DNA from: Corallococcus coralloides
GTDB lineage: Bacteria > Myxococcota > Myxococcia > Myxococcales > Myxococcaceae
Assembly: GCF_044792175.1 (NCBI RefSeq)
Contig: NZ_CP172866.1
Length of the DNA stretch: 64,000 nt
Reading direction: 5' to 3' (one strand)
The notes beneath the pieces were generated by a model that saw only the letters and a program-made list of their open reading frames with translations, made no database searches and was not told where the DNA came from. Both the position numbers and the translations under genes were made by a program. Shown piece by piece: positions 37,766 to 46,677 of this stretch (position 1 is the first letter of the stretch; the number at the start of each line of letters is the position of its first letter).

Positions 37766-38686
37766 TTATCGCCGTTTGTTCAGGCGGCGACGCAGCCCGT
37801 CAAGGATGGATTGGACGGCGGGGCTGAGCCCGCCGGAGGGCCAGACGGCCACGACCTCCACGACCTGGGGCTCCTGTTCGCGCAGGGGCCAGACGTGGAG
37901 GTCCGAGGGGAACGGCTGGGTGGGGCGCACGTCCGGGGCGATGGTGCACGCCTTGTAGGCGCGCAGCAGCTCATAGAGGTGGAGGAAGCTCTCCACGCGG
38001 CCCACCTCCGTGACGGAGACGCCGTGCGCGGCGAAGCGCGCGCTGTTGGCGCCGCCGTAGGGGTCGTCCCGCAGCCAGTCCACGAAGCGCTGGTCCTGGA
38101 GGTCCTTCACGTCCAGGGAGCGGCGCGAGGCGTGCGTCCGGGCGAGCGCGGAGTCCGGGCCCGCGATGACGACGAAGGACATGCGCAGCAGGGACTCGGT
38201 GTCCACGCCCTCGTGAGGGGGGAGCGGGGTGAAGTCGAGCGCCAGGTCCTGCTGCCGCGTCTGCACCTGCCGCATGAGCTCGTGCGAGCCGCCGAAGCCC
38301 ACCACCAGCTTGAGGTCGGCGGCGGCGGCGTCCTGCGCGATGCCGCCCAGCAGCGACATGGACAGCGTGGGGTTGAGGCCCAGGCGCAGGGTGGGCTCCA
38401 CGCGGGCCAGGTCCATCAGCCGCTTCACGTCCAGTTGGTGCAGCGGCGTCTGGGTGCCCGCGTAGAGGCGCTCTCCTCGCGCGGACAGTTGCAGGCGCCG
38501 GCCGGGCCCCCGCTCCAGCAGGGCGGCGCCATCCGCGAGCGCTTCCTCCAGGGCGCGGATGTGCTCGCTCACGACGGAGCGGGCGACGCCCAGGTGCTCC
38601 GCGGCGGCTTCGATGCTGCCGGCCTCCACGGCGGCGGTGAAGGACTCGAGCCAGACGAGGTGTCGCTGGAGCTTGCGCGGGGGCAT
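37766..38686 (-). CDS. LysR-family transcriptional regulator
   Basis: N-terminal HTH (LESFTAAVEAGSIEAAAEHLGVARSVVSEHIRALE) plus a LysR substrate-binding domain. Confidence 0.8.
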   Translation of the reverse strand: MPPRKLQRHLVWLESFTAAVEAGSIEAAAEHLGVARSVVSEHIRALEEALADGAALLERGPGRRLQLSARGERLYAGTQTPLHQLDVKRLMDLARVEPTLRLGLNPTLSMSLLGGIAQDAAAADLKLVVGFGGSHELMRQVQTRQQDLALDFTPLPPHEGVDTESLLRMSFVVIAGPDSALARTHASRRSLDVKDLQDQRFVDWLRDDPYGGANSARFAAHGVSVTEVGRVESFLHLYELLRAYKACTIAPDVRPTQPFPSDLHVWPLREQEPQVVEVVAVWPSGGLSPAVQSILDGLRRRLNKRR

Positions 38687-38701
38687 GGGGCCAAAGGCGC
38701 G

Positions 38702-39532
38702 CTAGAGGAAGAAGTCGGGCAGCAGCTCCGCGCCGGGGACGGACTGGTACGCGTCGAAGTTCGTGACGCCGGCGGCGCGCAGGACTTCCTCGTCGATGCA
38801 GAAGTTCCCGGTGAAGGAGCGGCTGGGCTTCGTGAGGATGGCGTACGCGGCGTCCGCCATGATCTCCGGCTTGCGGCTGCCCTTGATGGTGTCGTCGCCG
38901 CCCAGCAGGTTCTGCACGGCGGCGGTGGCGATGACGGTGCGGGGCCACAGCGTGTTGACGGCGATGCCGTCGTCCTTGAGCTCCTCCGCCATGCCCAGGG
39001 CGCACAGGCTCATGCCGTACTTCGCGATGGTGTAGGCCACGTGGGGGCCGAACCAGCGGGGCTCCATGTTGAGCGGCGGCGAGTTGTTGAGGATGTGCGG
39101 GTTGGAGGACTTCTTGAGGTACGGGATGCACGCCTGGGAGCACGCGAAGGTGCCGCGCGTGTTGATGCCGTGCATCAGGTCGAAGCGCTTGAGCGGCGTG
39201 TCCAGGGTGCCGGTGAGGCTGATGGCGCTGGCGTTGTTCACCAGGATGTCGATGCCGCCGAAGGTCTCCACGGCCTTGGCGACGGCGGCGTGGATCTGCG
39301 CCTCGTCGCGGATGTCCACCACGCAGGGGAGCGCCTTGCCGCCGGCCTCTTCAATCTCCTTCGCCGCCGAGTAGATGGTGCCGGGCAGCTTGGGGTGCGG
39401 GTCCGTGGTCTTCGCGGCGATGACGATGTTGGCGCCGTCGCGGGCCGCGCGCAGCGCGATGGCCTTGCCGATGCCGCGGCTGGCGCCGGTGATGAAGAGG
39501 GTCTTGCCTTGGAGGTTGGACATGGGCCGCAT
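38702..39532 (-). CDS. SDR-family NAD(P)-dependent oxidoreductase
   Basis: TGASRGIGKA Rossmann motif, NNAS, and catalytic YTIAKYG (YxxxK). Start at 39532 or 39523. Confidence 0.8.
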   Translation of the reverse strand: MRPMSNLQGKTLFITGASRGIGKAIALRAARDGANIVIAAKTTDPHPKLPGTIYSAAKEIEEAGGKALPCVVDIRDEAQIHAAVAKAVETFGGIDILVNNASAISLTGTLDTPLKRFDLMHGINTRGTFACSQACIPYLKKSSNPHILNNSPPLNMEPRWFGPHVAYTIAKYGMSLCALGMAEELKDDGIAVNTLWPRTVIATAAVQNLLGGDDTIKGSRKPEIMADAAYAILTKPSRSFTGNFCIDEEVLRAAGVTNFDAYQSVPGAELLPDFFL

Positions 39533-39619
39533 CCTCGCTCAATCGCGCGGCGCCGCAATGCCCTGTGCGGCCGGACCCGGGTGGATCCGGCCGCTGTTCA
39601 ACGGAGTCTCAGGGGGACT

Positions 39620-41965
39620 TCAGGGGCTCGCGGGCGTGTAGACGAGCACGGCGCTGACGCTCGCAGGGGTGTCCCGGTCCCAACCGCCGATGAAGAGCAC
39701 CTTGCCGTCGGGCAGCACGGTGGTGGCCATCAGGTAGCGGTTGGACGCCATGCTGGTGGAGAACGAGGACGTGCCGGTCGCCAGGTCGAAGAGCTCCGTC
39801 GTCAGGCCCACCGTGGAGTTGCCCCCCGCGAGCAACAGCCGCCCGGAGTTCAACTGGACCAGCGAGGCGTTGGCGCGCTCGTAGGTGAAGTGGCCCAGCG
39901 TGGCCTGGACGTTCAGCACCGGGTCGTATGTCGCGACCAGCGTCCCGTCCACCAGCACGAGCTTTCCGGACGGCTGGAGGAAGGCGTCCGTGAAGGTCCG
40001 CGTCGTCAGGCCGGTGGCGACGCTCCAGGTGTTGTTGGACGGATCGTAGAACTCCGACGGCAGGTTGCCGCCCACGGTGAGCACCTTGCCCGACGGCAGC
40101 AGCACCGCGCGGTGGTTGGACCGGGCGTAGGTCGGGCTCGCCACGGGCAGCCAGGTGTTCGTGGTGGGGTCGTAGAGTTCGGTGGCGCGGTTGCTGACGG
40201 TGTCCCCCGTGGTGACGCCGCCGATGACCAGGACCTTGCCGTTGGGCAGCAGCGTCGAGGTGTGGGCGCCGCGCGCGAAGGCCATCTGCGGGCCGGCCGT
40301 CCAGGTGTTGGTCGCGGGGTCGTAGAACTCCACGGCGCGCAGCGGCGTGGTGGCCGGGTACGCCGCGAAGCCGCCCGTGACCATGACCTTGCCAGACGGC
40401 AGCAGGATCACCGCGGGGTTGTAGCGCGCGGTCCCCAGCGTTCCAGCGGAAGACCAGGTCCCCGCCGCCGGATCGTAGAGCTCCGCCGTGCCCAGGACGG
40501 GGTTGGAGGTCACCGACCCGCCGAAGGCGAGGATCTTCCCGGAGGCCAGGGGGATGACGCTCGCGCCGAAGCGGCGCTGCGTCAGGCTGGCCGTGAGGTC
40601 CCACCGGGCGACCGTCGTGGGCGGCGTGCACGACGGGGCGTTCTGCACCGCGACGGTGAAGGCCTGGGACGCGGAGAAGCCCTGGGCGTTGGTGACGGTG
40701 GCGGTGATGGTCGCGTTCCCGCCGGTGGGCGCGCAGGTGGGGGCCTTCCAGGAGACCTCGCTGGAGGTGAACCCGGACGTGGGCGTCGCGAGCGTGCCCG
40801 TGCTCGAGGCCCAGTTGAAGGTGAGGGCGCCGCCGTTGCCGTCCTCGGCGAGGACGCGGAACGTCACGGCGCTGTCGCCCACCACGGACGCGCTGCTCTG
40901 GTGCGCGAGGACGATGCGCGGCGGGACGTTGGCGCTCGCGCCTTCACCCACGCAGATGCGCAGGGTGCCCTGCGTCTGGCCGCCCTTCGGGTCCTTCACG
41001 GTGACGGTGAGCGCGCAGTTGCCGCACGCGTCGCCAGCGGGAATGGCGGTCGGGGTGAAGGAGGCGATGTTGGAGGTGTCATCCGTCCAGGTGCCCGCGC
41101 AGGACGCGGCCCACTGGTAGGTCAGCGCGTCGCCGTCCGGATCCGTCACGTCCGCGGTGACGGTGGTGCTCTGGCCCACGGGCACGGGGGACCGGGACGC
41201 GGTGACGCGGGTGACCGCAGGGGAGATGTTGAACGTGACGGACACCTCGGCGGTGCCGGCCGTGGTGCCGCCGTCCTTGGAGACGACGGTGATGTCGATG
41301 CGGATGGTCGCCGTGGCGCCGCGTGAGTCGGTGACCGTCAGTGTCAGCGCGTAGACGCCCGGCGTCGCGGGCGCGGTCCAGGTCGTCGACGTGAGCGTGG
41401 GCGAACCGAAGGTGCCATCCGCCGCCGTCCAGGCGTACGTGAGGGAGTCGGACGCATCCGGATCATGCGCGGTGGCCTGGAGGGAGATCGTGCCCCCGGG
41501 GAGGACGGTGCTCGCCGAGGCCACGAGCGAGTCGATGCACGGGGCCGAGTTGTCGAACGGGCCCGGGACATCCAGCGCCTGGAGGGTGATGGCCACGATG
41601 GAGGTCGTGCCCGCGGTGATGGTGACGTCCGAGGCCACGCCCCGGTAGCGCAGGGCGCCGTCCGCGGCGAAGGCCTCCGCGGTGAAGGTGCGCTGGGGAC
41701 CGGCGGGCACCTGGTACATGGTGCCGCTCCACCCATCCGTCCCCCGGGTGAGCACGGTGGTGGCGGAAGGCACGCCGGAGGCCGTCAGGGTGACGGTCAC
41801 GCGGGTGATCTCATCGCCCGCGAGCGCCTGGGGCACCGCGCTGACGAACCGGACGTTGCCGGTCTCCCGCTCCGGTTCGCCCCCCGTGTCGCAGGCCGTG
41901 ACAGACATGACTGCGCTGATCAATGCGCAAAGCAGAACGCGAGACAGGGTGGCTTGTCGACGCAT
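39620..41965 (-). CDS. Lipoprotein with PKD/Ig-like domains and C-terminal Kelch-type beta-propeller
   Basis: Lipoprotein signal MRRQATLSRVLLCALISAVMSVTAC. Repeated Ig/PKD-like segments (ALTLTVTDSRG.., CALTVTVKDPKGG..). Six Kelch-like blades with the YDP..N.W pattern (ELYDPAAGTWS, EFYDPATNTWT, ELYDPTTNTW, EFYDPSNNTWS...). Confidence 0.7.
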   Translation of the reverse strand: MRRQATLSRVLLCALISAVMSVTACDTGGEPERETGNVRFVSAVPQALAGDEITRVTVTLTASGVPSATTVLTRGTDGWSGTMYQVPAGPQRTFTAEAFAADGALRYRGVASDVTITAGTTSIVAITLQALDVPGPFDNSAPCIDSLVASASTVLPGGTISLQATAHDPDASDSLTYAWTAADGTFGSPTLTSTTWTAPATPGVYALTLTVTDSRGATATIRIDITVVSKDGGTTAGTAEVSVTFNISPAVTRVTASRSPVPVGQSTTVTADVTDPDGDALTYQWAASCAGTWTDDTSNIASFTPTAIPAGDACGNCALTVTVKDPKGGQTQGTLRICVGEGASANVPPRIVLAHQSSASVVGDSAVTFRVLAEDGNGGALTFNWASSTGTLATPTSGFTSSEVSWKAPTCAPTGGNATITATVTNAQGFSASQAFTVAVQNAPSCTPPTTVARWDLTASLTQRRFGASVIPLASGKILAFGGSVTSNPVLGTAELYDPAAGTWSSAGTLGTARYNPAVILLPSGKVMVTGGFAAYPATTPLRAVEFYDPATNTWTAGPQMAFARGAHTSTLLPNGKVLVIGGVTTGDTVSNRATELYDPTTNTWLPVASPTYARSNHRAVLLPSGKVLTVGGNLPSEFYDPSNNTWSVATGLTTRTFTDAFLQPSGKLVLVDGTLVATYDPVLNVQATLGHFTYERANASLVQLNSGRLLLAGGNSTVGLTTELFDLATGTSSFSTSMASNRYLMATTVLPDGKVLFIGGWDRDTPASVSAVLVYTPASP

Positions 41966-42124
41966 CGCACCTTCCTGGAGGAATGAGTGGAAGGTGCGAT
42001 CTATCAGGTCGGGAGGATGAAGACAGACATGTTGTGAGGGTTTGCGGTGTCTATCCAAACCCGATCGGGTCTGTGAGTACCCCACGGAGAGGAGCCGCGT
42101 GGGCTCCCCTCGTCCCTGCGGGGG

Positions 42125-43015
42125 CTACTGGGTGATGCAGGTGACGGTTTCGATCATCGTCACGTTGGAGTTGCCGGTGGTGTTCCAGCTACCGACGCCG
42201 TTCGTGCCCACGATGTACGTGTACGCGGTGCCGCGGATGGCGGTGGTGAAGCTGCTCACGTCGACGTGGCCCTGGTCCAGGCAGAAGCGGCGGGCGGTCG
42301 CCGCCGGGGTGCTGAAGTTGCCGGTGGGGTAGTTGGGCTGGATGGTGCCGATCTGGTAGCCGTTCACCTTCGGCGTCGCGTAGGTGAGGACCGGCGCGTT
42401 GAAGCAGGTGATGGTCTCCAGCATGGTCACGTTGGAGTTGCCGGTGGTGTTCCAGGCGCCGATGCCGTTCGTGCCGACGATGTACGTGTACGCGGAGCCA
42501 CGGATGGCGACGGTGAAGGTGCGAGCGCCGGTGTGGCCCTGGTCCAGGCAGAAGCGGCGGGCGGTGTCGGCGGGCGTACTGTAATTGCCGGTCGGGTAGT
42601 TGGGCTGGATGGTGCCGACCTGGTAGCCGTTGACGGTGGGCGTCGTGTACGTGACGTCCGAGCTGGAATTGAAGCAGATGATGCTTTCAATCATCGTCAC
42701 ATTGGAGTTGCCGGTCGTGTTCCAGGGGCCCACGCCGTTCGTACCCACGATGTACGTATAAGCGGAGCCACGGATGGCGGTGGTGAAGCTTTGCGCGCCG
42801 CTGTGGCCCTGGTCCTGACAGAAGCGGCGGGCCGTGTCGGCGGCGCTGCTGAAGTTCCCAGTGGGCTGGTTGGGCAGGTAGGTGCCAATCTGATAGCCAT
42901 TGACCGTGGGCGTCACATAGGTCTGGTAGGTGTCGGCATTGGCTGACGACGCGAAGCCCACGACGAGAAGCAGGGACACGAAGAGGGTGGGGAGACCGCT
43001 GCTGCGACGAAACAT
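42125..43015 (-). CDS. Secreted protein composed of three tandem ~96-aa repeats of an uncharacterised Cys-containing domain
   Basis: The signal peptide is MFRRSSGLPTLFVSLLLVVGFASSANA. Three near-identical repeats follow: TY.TPTVNGYQ.GT..PN.PTGN.S.PA.TARRFC.DQGH....FT.AIRG.AYTYIVGTNG.G.WNTTGNSNVTM.E...C. This is the C-terminal part of the long artefactual ORF 42125..44503. Confidence 0.6.
   Translation of the reverse strand: MFRRSSGLPTLFVSLLLVVGFASSANADTYQTYVTPTVNGYQIGTYLPNQPTGNFSSAADTARRFCQDQGHSGAQSFTTAIRGSAYTYIVGTNGVGPWNTTGNSNVTMIESIICFNSSSDVTYTTPTVNGYQVGTIQPNYPTGNYSTPADTARRFCLDQGHTGARTFTVAIRGSAYTYIVGTNGIGAWNTTGNSNVTMLETITCFNAPVLTYATPKVNGYQIGTIQPNYPTGNFSTPAATARRFCLDQGHVDVSSFTTAIRGTAYTYIVGTNGVGSWNTTGNSNVTMIETVTCITQ
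42130..43000 (-). repeat. Three tandem ~290-bp coding repeats (within gene 42125..43015)
   Basis: DNA-level periodicity is seen as recurring ACGTACGTGTACGCGG...GTGCC...AACGGCGT blocks. The encoded repeats are >70% identical. Confidence 0.6.
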
Positions 43016-43162
43016 GTTTTTCCTCGGCTTGTGGCTGATGCGGGGGAAGCAGGACCGTGGCGGCTCCCGGGGTTGAGCGCACTGGAGACATTTCGGGACT
43101 GTGATGGGCGTTTCGTCGCGAAGACCGCCAGTGGACGTTGTTTGGTCTACGCTGCGGCCCTC

Positions 43163-45835
43163 ATGCGACTGCTTCCACTCCTTGTGTTGGTGGTGTTGAC
43201 CGTCCGCTGTGCCCACGCACCTACTGCCTCCTCTCCGCCCACCGTCTCCTGGCCGGAGGCCCTGCCTCCCGCGCTGCGGTTGCCGGACACCGTGCGGCCC
43301 GTGCACTACGCGCTGGATCTGAAGCTCGTGCCCTCGGAGGACGTCTATCCGGGCAGCGTCACCATCGACGTGGAGGTCCGTGCGCCTGTTCGCCAGGTGT
43401 GGCTGCATGCTCAGGACGTGGAGGTGACGCGGGCTCGCGTCACCGTGGGGAGCCGCACTTTCGACGCGAAGCCTGTCACCGCGCCTGAAGGACGTCTGGG
43501 ATTGCTCCTGCCGGAGGAGTTGCCTGTTGGGAAGGCCCAGCTCGTGCTCGACTTCACCGGCAAGGTGGACCGGGAGCGCAGCCAGGGCATCTATGGCGTG
43601 GAGGAGGGCGGTGAGCCGTACCTCTACACGTTCTTCGAGCCCATCGACGCGCGCCGCGCCTTCCCTTGCTTCGACGAGCCGACGTTCAAGGTTCCGTGGC
43701 GCCTGCGCTTCACCGTGAAGGCCGGACACGTGGCGCTGGCCAATCATCCCGTCGTGTCGCGCGAGCCCCTGGCGGACGGCCTGGAGCGCGTCACCTTCGC
43801 GGAGAGCAAGCCGATGCCCAGCTACCTCGTGGCCTTCATGGTGGGGCCCTTCGACGTGGTGGAGGCCGGCACCGTGGGACGCACGAACGTGCCGCTGCGC
43901 TTCGTCGTCCCCAAGGGCCGGGGCTCGGAGACGCGCTACGCCGCGAGCATCACGCCTCGCATCGTGAAGGGTCTGGAGGACTTCTTCGACCAGCCGTATC
44001 CGTACGAGAAGCTCGATGTCGCGGTCGTGCCCCGGTACTGGGGCACCATGGAGCACCCCGGCATCGTCGCGCTCGGGCAGCCGCTCACGCTCATTCCCCC
44101 TGGTGAGGAGACGCTGGCCCGCCGAAAGTCGTACGCCGTCATCGCCAACCATGAGCTGGGTCACTACTGGTTCGGTGACGTCGTCACCTGCTCCTGGTGG
44201 AACGACATCTGGCTGAATGAGTCCTTCACCGCGTGGCTGGACCGCCAGACGGTGGACCGGCTGGAACCGTCCTGGGACTACCAGCAGGAGCGCGCCATGT
44301 CCGCGACCCGCTCCGCCCTGGCGTCGGATGAGCTGGCGGCGGCGCTGCCCGTGCGCAAGCCGGTGGAGAGCAATGACGACATCGTGGGCTCGTTCGACAA
44401 CGGGACGACCTATGACAAGGGCTCGTCCGTCATCGCCATGTACGAGGCCTGGCTGGGACCGGAGCGCTTCCGCGACATCCTCCGGGGCTATGTCCGCAAG
44501 CACGCCTGGAAGGTCGCGACGATGGAGGACTTCCTCGCGGACCTCTCCCAGGCGGCGGGGCCGGAGGTGGCGCGGTCCTTCGGCGGGTTCATCGAGCGGA
44601 GCGGCGCGCCTCGGATCACCGCGCGGCTGTCGTGCCCGGCGGGCGGCGCTCCGTCCGTGACGCTGTCGCAGGAGCGCTACCTTCCCCTGGGCTCCAAGGC
44701 GGACTCGAAGCAGGAATGGCAGGTGCCCGTGTGTCTTCGCGTGGGCACGGGCACGCAGTCGTCGCGGGTGTGCTCGATGGTGCAGGGACCTTCGACGGAG
44801 GTCGCGCTGCCCACGAAGCAGTGCCCGGCGTGGGTGCTCCTCAAAGCGGGCGGCGCGGGTTACTACCGCAGCGGGTACACCCGCGAGCAGTTGACGAAGC
44901 TGCTCGCGACTCCGGCCGCCGCCTTCACTCCGGCGGAGCAGGTGGCGCTCTGGGCGGACGTGGACGCGGCGGTGGTCCGGGGCGACCTGCCGCTGGGGGA
45001 GGCGCTGAAGGCGGTGCCTGCCTCCGCGAAGTCGACGAACCGGCTCGTGGTGCAGAGTGGCGCTTCGCTGCTGGAGCTCGTGCGCTTGGAGCAGCTCACG
45101 CCCGAGGAGCGCCAGCGCTTCCGCGCGTGGGTGGCTTCGCTCTACTCGGCGCGCGCCCAGGCCATGGGCTGGGTGCCGAAGCCGGGAGAGGACGACTCCG
45201 TGAAGGACTCACGCTCCCTGTTCCTCCGGCTGGCCGGCGGTCTGGGCGATGATCCGCGACTGGTGAAGGAGGCGCTGCCCCTGGTGCGCGCGTGGCTGGC
45301 GGACCGGAAGTCGGTGGATCCGGAGGCGTTCGGTGCCGCGCTGCCCCGCGCGGCGACGCACGGCGATGCGGCGCTGTTCGACGCGCTGCTGGAGGCGGCG
45401 AAGAAGGAACAGGACCGCACCGAGCGTTCCCGGCTGCTGACGTCCCTGGCGTACTTCCGGAACTCGGAGCTGCTGTGGCGGGCGCTGGGGCTCGTGGTGT
45501 CGCCGGACTTCGACGTGCGGGACTCGCAGGTCATCCTGCGGATGGCGTTGATGTCGCCGGAGTCGCAGTCGCTGGCGTGGGACTTCTATCAGGCGCACTT
45601 CGATGCGCTGACCCAGCGGCTGCGTTCGGATGAGCTGGGCCGGCTGATTGGCCAGACGGGGAGCCTCTGCGAAGACATCCACCTGACCCAGGTGGAGACG
45701 TTCTTCGCGTCCCGCGTGGACAGGATTGAAGGGGGGCCGCGCGCGCTCGCCCGGGCCCTGGAGTCCATCCGCCTGTGCATCGAGTCCCAGAAGCTCCAGT
45801 CCCCGAGCGTCAAGGCGTTCCTCCGCGCCCGGTGA
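43163..45835 (+). CDS. pepN: Aminopeptidase N (M1 family zinc metallopeptidase), secreted
   Basis: Signal peptide MRLLPLLVLVVLTVRCAHA. M1 family motifs: GxMEN-like GTMEHPG, HELGHYWFG(18)E zinc-binding motif, and the ERAP/LTA4H-like C-terminal domain. Confidence 0.85.
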   Translation: MRLLPLLVLVVLTVRCAHAPTASSPPTVSWPEALPPALRLPDTVRPVHYALDLKLVPSEDVYPGSVTIDVEVRAPVRQVWLHAQDVEVTRARVTVGSRTFDAKPVTAPEGRLGLLLPEELPVGKAQLVLDFTGKVDRERSQGIYGVEEGGEPYLYTFFEPIDARRAFPCFDEPTFKVPWRLRFTVKAGHVALANHPVVSREPLADGLERVTFAESKPMPSYLVAFMVGPFDVVEAGTVGRTNVPLRFVVPKGRGSETRYAASITPRIVKGLEDFFDQPYPYEKLDVAVVPRYWGTMEHPGIVALGQPLTLIPPGEETLARRKSYAVIANHELGHYWFGDVVTCSWWNDIWLNESFTAWLDRQTVDRLEPSWDYQQERAMSATRSALASDELAAALPVRKPVESNDDIVGSFDNGTTYDKGSSVIAMYEAWLGPERFRDILRGYVRKHAWKVATMEDFLADLSQAAGPEVARSFGGFIERSGAPRITARLSCPAGGAPSVTLSQERYLPLGSKADSKQEWQVPVCLRVGTGTQSSRVCSMVQGPSTEVALPTKQCPAWVLLKAGGAGYYRSGYTREQLTKLLATPAAAFTPAEQVALWADVDAAVVRGDLPLGEALKAVPASAKSTNRLVVQSGASLLELVRLEQLTPEERQRFRAWVASLYSARAQAMGWVPKPGEDDSVKDSRSLFLRLAGGLGDDPRLVKEALPLVRAWLADRKSVDPEAFGAALPRAATHGDAALFDALLEAAKKEQDRTERSRLLTSLAYFRNSELLWRALGLVVSPDFDVRDSQVILRMALMSPESQSLAWDFYQAHFDALTQRLRSDELGRLIGQTGSLCEDIHLTQVETFFASRVDRIEGGPRALARALESIRLCIESQKLQSPSVKAFLRAR

Positions 45836-45853
45836 GCCCGCGGGCCTGGAGCC

Positions 45854-46249
45854 TCACGGACCGTAGGGACACAACTGCATCGTCTCCGCGATGGGCGGGC
45901 GGCAGAGTTGCAGGAGCTGTGTCTCGTCCAGGAACGACGAGGCCCGCGCCTTGAGGAAGCAGGACGCGGGATCGTCCTCGGGCTGTGCGTACTGGCAGAG
46001 CTGGAGCGCCTGGGAATCGGAGAGGAAGGCTTTCTCCTGGACCCGGTGGAAGCACCGCGCCGGGGTGTCGGAGCGGGCACCCTGGCAGAGCTGCGCCGCG
46101 ACGGTCTCCGTCACCGAGCCGCCCTGGCGCGCCGCTTCGAAGCAGGAGTATTGCGGCGCACCTTCGAGCGGTTCCAGTTGCGCCGCCGCTGGAAGCCCGA
46201 GCAGCGCGGCAGCCAGCCCCCAGACACCTCTCCAATGGCCTCGCTTCAT
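45854..46249 (-). CDS. Small secreted protein with four ~25-aa Cys-pair repeats
   Basis: Signal peptide MKRGHWRGVWGLAAALLGLPAAAQ. The repeats are SCFEAARQG..AAQLCQGA / RCFHRVQEKAFLSDSQALQLCQYA / SCFLKARASSFLDETQLLQLCRPP, with 8 Cys in total. Confidence 0.5.
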   Translation of the reverse strand: MKRGHWRGVWGLAAALLGLPAAAQLEPLEGAPQYSCFEAARQGGSVTETVAAQLCQGARSDTPARCFHRVQEKAFLSDSQALQLCQYAQPEDDPASCFLKARASSFLDETQLLQLCRPPIAETMQLCPYGP

Positions 46250-46332
46250 CGTTCACCCCTCACAGAAGGTGGGGGAGTCATGGCCCGCGTGGGAGGGACG
46301 GGCCGGAAGACAGCCGCCGTGCGCCGGCCGCT

Positions 46333-46677
46333 TCAGCCGTGCACGGTGCGACTGTCGGCGGGCACGGCCGCCCGGTCCTCCAGGCCGTAGTCCCTCACGA
46401 CGTGCGCCACCCGCAGGCGGTAGTCGCTGAACACGCCTCCCCGGCCTTCGCGCTGGGCTTCACGGTGGGCCTCCTTGCGCCGCCATTCCGCCACCGCTGC
46501 CTCGTCGCGCCAGTAGGACAGGGACAGCAGCTTGCCCGGTGCGCTGAGGCTCTGGAACCGCTCGATGGAGATGAAGCCATCGATGTCCGCGAGCAGGGGC
46601 CGCAGCTCCGCCGCGAGGTCCAGGTACCGCTGCCGATGCGACTCGTGTGTCCAGACCTCGAAGATGACAGCGATCAT
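46333..46677 (-). CDS. Antibiotic-biosynthesis-monooxygenase (ABM) domain protein
   Basis: 114 aa with the ferredoxin-like ABM pattern (MIAVIFEVW..., ...LSYWRDEAAVAEW). The start overlaps the P450 stop (ATGA). Confidence 0.65.
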   Translation of the reverse strand: MIAVIFEVWTHESHRQRYLDLAAELRPLLADIDGFISIERFQSLSAPGKLLSLSYWRDEAAVAEWRRKEAHREAQREGRGGVFSDYRLRVAHVVRDYGLEDRAAVPADSRTVHG

